A DNA stretch of 62,222 nucleotides, the filler included, from Chrysochromulina tobinii (taxonomy: Eukaryota), in assembly GCA_001275005.1 (NCBI GenBank). It is 8 parts of 8 records of this genome, joined end to end, with 100 filler letters (N's around TTAATTAATTAA, not from the genome) between each part and the next. Parts side by side here need not be neighbours in the genome. Positions count along the whole stretch, not along the records: positions 54,274 to 58,122 come from JWZX01001158.1; positions 58,223 to 62,222 come from JWZX01001165.1; 6 more parts are not named here. One strand, given 5' to 3'. The position numbers and the translations under genes are program-made. Below are positions 55,648 through 62,222 of the stretch, piece after piece. Positions within the stretch are counted from its first letter, which is position 1. The number at the start of each line of letters is the position of its first letter. The notes beneath the pieces are model-generated. The model searched no databases. It was not told the origin of the DNA and was given only the letters and a program-made list of their open reading frames with translations.

Positions 55648-57960
55648 ATGGATTGGGCCAACGGCGTCTATCGCGGCGAGCCTCGCGTGGAGGAATTGCA
55701 CGCCAAAGTCGTCCGCCTCAGGCAAGAGGTGGCCGCTGCAGAGCCAGTCGACACGACGGCAAAGATGCGAGTCGCAGCGGCCACGGATGCCCTGAGCCGC
55801 GCGGAGACCAAGGCGGCAGAGGCTGAAAATGCCGTGAGTGAATACATCAAATCCCAGGCCAGCGCCTTCAAAGAGGACGCGCGGATGGCGACCAAGGTTG
55901 ATGCCGCCACCGCAGAAGTCGACCAGGCGCGACACCGGTTGCAGGAGCTCAACGAGCAGCCGACTGCGCAGAATGCCTGGGACGGTAGCGCCAACGCGAA
56001 GGCGCTCGGCGCGCTCACGGACCGCGATCTGAACGAGGTGCGCAAGTTTTCGAAGCCCCCTCATGTTGTGCGCCGCGCCCTCGAGCTCGTGCAGGCCATG
56101 CTGGCGGTGGCCGACGGTACCGAGAGCCTGCCGCCGTCGGGCACGGGCGACGTGCAGTGGGCAGAGCTGCAGCGAATGCTCGCGCGCGACGATTTCATAC
56201 GGCAGATGCTCACGCTCAAGCCGGCGGCCCTCTCCGCGCGCCCGCACCTGCTCACCGAGATCGGCGAGCGCTGGCCTTCGCTGCAGGAGGCTGTGGGTAC
56301 CAAAGCTGTGCCGCACGACAGAGGAGGCTGGCGCGCCATCGCAAAGGCCGCGAGCTCCACACGCGGCGGCGGCGGCGACGGTGGTGGCGGCGGCATGCGT
56401 GCAGCTGCTCCGGCGGCGGCGGCGGCCAAGGAGAATACTGGCATGAGCGACGCGCAGCAGGTGGCTGCACCACCGTCGAGTGCCAAGAGCAGTGGCGGCG
56501 CACGCGGCGCTTCGACGGCCGGTCGCACGGGCCGCTTTGCGGCGGCAGTAGCGGCGGCAGCGGCGGAGTCAGACGCGGCGGCGGTCTCGAGAGGCGAGAA
56601 GCAACCAGCGGCCTTGGGCCTCTCGAGCCTCACGATCGAAGCTGTGGAGTACGCGTCGCGGCCGTGTGGGGCCATCTTCCGGCACTGCGCCAACGTGGCC
56701 GCCGCGGCGCTGGCTCTAGCGCTTGAAAGGGCGCGTGCCCAAGCGGTGCTTGAGGCTGCGATCCAGCGGCTCGCTGGCGTGTCGGGTGAGCGGGCGGCGA
56801 CGCAAGCGTACTTGCAGTCTTGTGTGGAGGAAAAGCACCGACGCGAAGAAGTCGTCACCGCCGCGCAGGCTGCAGTCGCTGCGGCTAATGACGCGCGGCT
56901 GGACGCCAAGGTGGCGGCCTCGATGGCCGCGACGGCGCTCGATGGGTTGCGGAAGTCTCTCGAGGAGGCGGAGCGGTTGCTTTCGAGCGCCATCGAGGCC
57001 GTCGAGCGCCGTCGCGAGCGAGACGCTAAGTGGCGCGAAGGGCAAGCCGAGCGCGACGAGGCCGCGCGCCGGGCGGCCCAGGCGGAGATCGAGCGCGATC
57101 TGGCCTCGCGAACTGCACGCCCGCCCGCCGCGTGGCTGCACGAGCATCATATCAAGGAAGATCTGAGCGCCGTGGCGATCGAGTTTGCGACGGTCTCGGC
57201 GTCACTGCCGGCCGATGCATCCAATAGCCTCGCCAAGATTGCCAGCGAGCTGCGCTCCTCGGTCACGCTGCGCCTCCACATTGCGGGGCACGTGCAGCCC
57301 GATGAGGACGCGCGACTCGCCTCGCAGCGTGCCATGAACGTCGGCGGCTTGCTCATCGCACTCGGCGTACTCCCACTCCAGCTTCGCGCCAAGGGATACG
57401 GCGCCAGGGCCCCGATCGGGCCGGGAGAGAAGAGACGCCTTGGACTCAAGTCGCTCCGCCGCGTCACGCTGCATGCCCTGGCCGAGGTGCGCACGCGCAC
57501 GCCGTGCGAGTTCGGGCCGGGGGAGCTGGCGCCGCTGGAGAGCGAGGCGGTGCGGGAGATGGTGCGTGCGGTCGCGGCGTTGATGCAGCTCGATGAGCAC
57601 AAGGAGGTTCGCCTGAGCGTTGAGGGTCACAGCGACGACCATGGAAGCGCAGCAGAGAATGTGAGGATCTCCCTCGCCCGCGCAAACGCCGTGTGCCGCC
57701 AGCTCGAAGGCTTAGGCGTCGACCAGGCGCGGCTCGTGCCCCATGGCTTCGGCGCCGCCTTCCCGATCGACGACAATGGCACCGAGGACGGCCGACAGCA
57801 CAACCGGCGCGTCGAATTCCTGGTCATCCCGACATGCTTCGCCGCCGCGGTGCGGAGTGACGCGACGGCCGCGTCGACCGGGGGCAGGGGCATGGGAGAA
57901 GGACTTTCTAGCCATTTGAGCAACCGTCCTGGCGTGGCTAAGGTGCTTCGGTTGTTTTGA
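55648..57960 (+). CDS. Dynein stalk/microtubule-binding-like domain fused to two OmpA C-terminal-like domains
   Basis: Coiled coil, then DLNEVRKFSKPPHVVRRALELV...WAELQRMLARDDFI...VEYASRPCGAIFRHC, then coiled coil, then LHIAGHV...ASQRA...KGYG...RRV and VEGHSDDHGSAAENVRISLARANAV...GFG...P...NRRVEF. Confidence 0.85.
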   Translation: MDWANGVYRGEPRVEELHAKVVRLRQEVAAAEPVDTTAKMRVAAATDALSRAETKAAEAENAVSEYIKSQASAFKEDARMATKVDAATAEVDQARHRLQELNEQPTAQNAWDGSANAKALGALTDRDLNEVRKFSKPPHVVRRALELVQAMLAVADGTESLPPSGTGDVQWAELQRMLARDDFIRQMLTLKPAALSARPHLLTEIGERWPSLQEAVGTKAVPHDRGGWRAIAKAASSTRGGGGDGGGGGMRAAAPAAAAAKENTGMSDAQQVAAPPSSAKSSGGARGASTAGRTGRFAAAVAAAAAESDAAAVSRGEKQPAALGLSSLTIEAVEYASRPCGAIFRHCANVAAAALALALERARAQAVLEAAIQRLAGVSGERAATQAYLQSCVEEKHRREEVVTAAQAAVAAANDARLDAKVAASMAATALDGLRKSLEEAERLLSSAIEAVERRRERDAKWREGQAERDEAARRAAQAEIERDLASRTARPPAAWLHEHHIKEDLSAVAIEFATVSASLPADASNSLAKIASELRSSVTLRLHIAGHVQPDEDARLASQRAMNVGGLLIALGVLPLQLRAKGYGARAPIGPGEKRRLGLKSLRRVTLHALAEVRTRTPCEFGPGELAPLESEAVREMVRAVAALMQLDEHKEVRLSVEGHSDDHGSAAENVRISLARANAVCRQLEGLGVDQARLVPHGFGAAFPIDDNGTEDGRQHNRRVEFLVIPTCFAAAVRSDATAASTGGRGMGEGLSSHLSNRPGVAKVLRLF

Positions 57961-58222
57961 GACGCCCGCACGTGTGGGCGGGACATCAAGGACGTAGCCC
58001 TTCCACGCCTCAAAGCTCAATCGCCCACTTTTTTGTTCTTTTCGACGTTATACTCGTTTTCCCCCGCCCACCGGCGCGGCATAGCCGGGGCGGGGGCACG
58101 CGCGCCCGCCGCCGGCGCCGCGNNNNNNNNNNNNNNNNNNNNNNNNNNNNNNNNNNNNNNNNNNNNTTAATTAATTAANNNNNNNNNNNNNNNNNNNNNN
58201 NNNNNNNNNNNNNNNNNNNNNN

Positions 58223-61200
58223 AGCCTCGGCACATTCGCCTGTGCCGCCGCCTTTGACCGTAGTGCCGCCTCCGCCACTCCCGCCCGCGCCCGACGACAG
58301 CGGATTCCGCCCTCTGCCGCCGCCGCGACCGCCTTCGACGGAGCTCGGGCGAGCCCTCACGAGCAGCCAGCATGATGGGCGGCAGCTTGCGCACTCCACA
58401 ACCATCGTGGGCTCCGGGTCGATCGTGGGCGACGTCACCTCGGCGTCCGTTTTGGATTACGTGCGTGCGACTCGACCCTGCTCTTTCGCCTCGGGCGCCG
58501 CGGCTCGTCGCCTGTCCACCCCCCGCAAAGCATGCTCGCCCACCTGCCTGGCCGCTCATGCCCTCTCGCGTTCTCACTCGCTCGCTCGCACGTGCTGTGC
58601 ACACAGGCTGTTAGCGTCGCCGTGAGCGGCTCGTTCGCTTACGTGGCGGGATATGGTTCCCACTCGCTAGTGGTGATCGACGTGAGCAACTCTACATCTC
58701 CAGTCATCCGGGGCAGCGTGGTCTCGTCGTCTCTCATGTTGCATGCTCGTGGCGTCGCCGTGAGCGGCTCGTACGCTTACGTGACGGGATGTTATTCGGA
58801 CTCGCTGGTGGTGGTCGACGTGAGCAATCCTTTGTCTCCAGTCATCCGAGGCAGCGTGGTCTCATCGTCTCTTATGGATGAGGTGCGGGTGACCCTGAGC
58901 TGAGTCCATCTCGCTCGCGTCCGCGGTGCCACCGCTTGCTGATGCCCTCTCGCGCTCTCACTCGCTCGCTGTCACGTGCTGTGCTCACAGGCTCTCGGAG
59001 TCGCCGTGAGCGGCTCCTACGCTTACGTGTCGGCACGTCTTTCCGGCAGGCTGACTGTGGTGCTTCTAGACCTGCACTCGCCGCCGTCACCGCCGCGCTT
59101 GCCGCCGCCGCCCTCGCCGCCGCCGTATCCGCCGGGGACAGCGGCGGTGAGCACCGCCGTCGCCCTGACCAGTGCACTCGCCAATACCGCCGTCGGCCGC
59201 ATTGTCCTTGCCCCCGGCACGTACATACTCAGCGCCGAGCTCAGCATCACCAGGAGCGTCGTCCTCGAGGCGGCCGTGGCGAGCTCGGTCGTGCTGAATG
59301 CACAAGCGAGCTCCTCGAGTCCGCGCCGTGTGCTGAACATCAACCTGGGTACGTCGGGCGTCGTGCAAGTGATCGGGCTCATCATCACGGGAGGTTACAC
59401 GTTCACCGTAGGCGGTGGTGTCTTCGTCCAGGGCGGCACGGTGACCTTCTCATCGTGTACCATCACTAGCAACACAGCTGATAATGAGGGGGGCGGCGGT
59501 GTCTATGTCGGGGGTGGCACAGTGGCCATCTCATCGTCCACCATCAGTGGAAACACAGCTTCAACTGGTGGAGGCGGTGTTAAAATCAATGGTGGCACGG
59601 TGACCTTGTCATCGTGCAGCATCACAGGCAACACAGCTATTTATTATGGATCGGGCGGCGGTGTTTTCATCAATGGTGGCACGGTGACCTTGTCATCGTG
59701 CACCATCACTGGCAACACAGCTACATTTACTTATGCGAGTGCGTGGAATGGATGGGGCGGCGGTCTTTACATCCATGGTGGCACGGTGACCTTGTTATCG
59801 TGCACCATCACTGGCAACACAGCAGGAACACAGGGGCCCAATGTCTTTAACTCCGGATCCAACGTCTGCTCCTGGGCAACGGCCCTCACCGGCGTCCATG
59901 GCCCAGTCTCAACTTGCCCGGCACCACCGCCGCTGCCGCCGCCCTCGCCGCCGTCCTCGCTGCCGCCGCCCTTGCCGCCGCCCTCGCCCTCGCCGCCGCC
60001 GCCTCCACCTTCGCCGCCGCCGCCATCGCCCTCCCCACCGCCGCCGTTGCCCTCGCCGCCGCCCTCGCCGCCGCCGCCCTCGCCCTCGCCGCCGCCGCCC
60101 TCGCCCTCGCCGCCACCAACACCACCATCACCGCTCGCGCAGCCCAGATGCGCGGGTGCCTTCAACCTCGTCTTGGTCATTGATAGGTCCACCTCGATGC
60201 TATCGAATATCAATGACACTGAAACCGCGCGGAACTGCCAGTCCAACTGCCCAAGCGGCCAGGTCCCAATCGGCTCAGGGGGGTGTGCAGCGCTGGGTTC
60301 GGCCGCATGGAGAATTGCCTTAAGCAATGGGGCTTGCGGGGCCACCACGATGAGCGCCGTGAAAGACGTGGCCATCTCCATCCTCGATCAAGTGGATTTG
60401 AACGTGGCACGTGTGGGCATCGTCACATTCAGCACCTCCTCCCAAATCTTGGTGCCGTCCCTCCTCAGTACCTCCGGTTCTACCCACCAAATCTCGATGC
60501 CGTTGAGCGCGAATCGAGCTGCGCTGACTGCATCCATCCGGAGCACATTCGCCCATGGCGACACATACACTTCCACCGGCCTTCTTTCCGCCGAGACGTT
60601 ACTCAAGAACGCCACTTCCAGAGTGCGCTCGAACATACCGGATATGATCTGGCTGCTGACGGATGGCGTTCAGAGTTCTCAATTTGGAGGCGACCGCGCT
60701 GCGATCGAGACCGCGGCGGCGATCAAAGCCAACGGCACCACCATATACTCGGTCGGCATCGGAGCTGCTTCGAGCCAGACGATGGAGATGATCGCCAGCG
60801 CTCCAGCAGATATCCACTCGTTTGTGACGTGCAAGACCTGCCTCCAAGACGTTCGCAACAGGTTTGCGAACTTTTGCAACCTCGCTACGAGTCCGAGGCT
60901 GCCGCCAGCACCGCGACCTCCGCTTCCCGACTTGCCACCTCCACTGCCCTCACCACCACCGCCGTCGCCACCGCCGTCTTCACCCTCGCCGCCGCCGCCC
61001 TCGCCCTCGCCACCGCTGCCCTCGCCCTCACCAGCAAACCAGCTAACCAGCTCACCAGCTAGCCAGCCAGGGACCGCGGTGAGCAGCGTTGTAGGCCTGA
61101 CCAGTGCACTCGCCAACCCCGCCGTCGGCCGCATTGTCCTTGCCCCCGGCACGTACATACTCAGCGCCGAGCTCAACGTCACCAGGAGCGTCGTCCTCGA

Positions 61201-62222
61201 GGCGGCCGTGGCGGGCTCGGTCGTGCTGGATGCACAAGCCAGCTCCTCAAGTTCGCGCCGTGTGCTGAACATCAACCCGGGCTCGTCGGGCGTCGTGCAA
61301 GTGATCGGGCTCAACATCACGGGAGGCTACGTAGATGAAGGAGTACCGGGGGCTTTGTGCTCAGAGACGTGCAACTACGCCATCGACGGCTTATGCGACG
61401 ACGGCGGCCCCGGCCATGAGTACAATTACGACGAGTACTATGACTTTTCCCTACGGTATAGAAGTACCTGCGACCTCGGCTCCGACTGCACCGACTGCGG
61501 CCCTCGAGGGGGATGGGGCGGCGGTGTCTATGTCACTTCTGGCACAGTCACAATCACGTCTTCGTCGATCTACGGGAACTCGGTGCAGTCGACGTATGGA
61601 GGGGGCGGCGGTGTTTACGTCTATTCCGGAGATGTCTCAATCATCAACTCGCAGATCTACTCCAACTCAGCGCCTGGCTTTGATCATAGGATTTGGGGGG
61701 CGAGCGCCGGTGTCTATGTCTATTCCGGCACCGTCACGATAACGTCTTCCTTGATCTACGGGAACACCGCTTCCGGAGGCGGTGGTGGTGTCTTTGTCAA
61801 TTCTGGCACAGTCTCACTCACCAACAGCCAAGTGTATTCCAACCAAGCTAACTCGGGCGCAGGTGTCTTTATCTATGGAGGCACTGTCTCAATCATCGGC
61901 TCCCAGATCTACTCCAACACAGCTTCTGGCCCTTGTTGCGCATCGGTGGGCGGCGGTGTCCTTGTCAGTTCTGGCACAGTCACGATTGCGTCTTCGTCGA
62001 TCTACGGAAACACAGCCATTGGCTCTAATGGAGCTCAACAAAATCAGGGTGGTGGTGTCAGTGTCTGGTCGAGTGCACTTGTCAGTATCTCGTCATCTAT
62101 GATCTATGGAAACACAGCTGCTTATGGGCCCAATGTCTATGCCGGCTGTGCCTACATGCAGCATTGCATCTGCACCTGGGCAACGACCCTCACCGGCGTC
62201 TACAGCGGGTGGACGTCAGAGC
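58223..62222 (+). CDS. Large surface protein, partial at both ends: LVIVD repeats, Pmp-like beta-helix, Pro-rich linkers, VWA, Cys-rich module
   Basis: Introns at 58461-58606 and 58883-58990; the frame from 58991 appears open to the window end. VAVSGSYAYV repeats, GGGV/ITGNTA repeats, VWA LVLVIDRSTS...LLTDG...IYSVGIG (60161-60810), and CDDGGPG...CDLGSDCTDCGPR. Confidence 0.85.

Noticed and set aside
55648..57960. Bacterial contaminant contig because of OmpA domains
   Set aside because: Fused to a eukaryotic dynein-like segment, has host-like low-complexity inserts, and lacks a beta-barrel or lipoprotein signal.

Overview
This is eukaryotic DNA, not one locus: eight contigs joined by artificial 100-nt linkers (N-run + TTAATTAATTAA + N-run). 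High GC, a (CCCTAA)n telomere, several GC-AG introns, NLRC3-like LRR genes and Pro-rich/beta-helix surface proteins suggest a haptophyte alga, probably Chrysochromulina-like (inference). Contents: a MULE transposase, a GT15 mannosyltransferase, a trithorax-like Tudor/PHD/bromodomain protein, a Skp1-like/F-box-like/LRR fusion, an intron-riddled SGNH/PC-esterase-like gene, a membrane protein with two bacterial-type beta-helix domains, a telomere with a prenyl-diphosphate synthase pseudogene, a giant non-LTR retrotransposon (APE-RT-RNase H, possible N-terminal GNAT domain), an ankyrin array, a VTT/TVP38 protein, a ~2,200-aa coiled-coil protein, a dynein-stalk + tandem OmpA-domain fusion and an LVIVD/Pmp/VWA surface protein. 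The best candidates for novelty are (1) short intron cores flanked by long, variable exon duplications that appear to copy locally from intron to intron, (2) the dynein microtubule-binding/peptidoglycan-binding fusion, (3) the Skp1-F-box-LRR chimera with Nup98-like fragments and (4) the oversized LINE. All domain calls are by eye from motifs; no database search was run.
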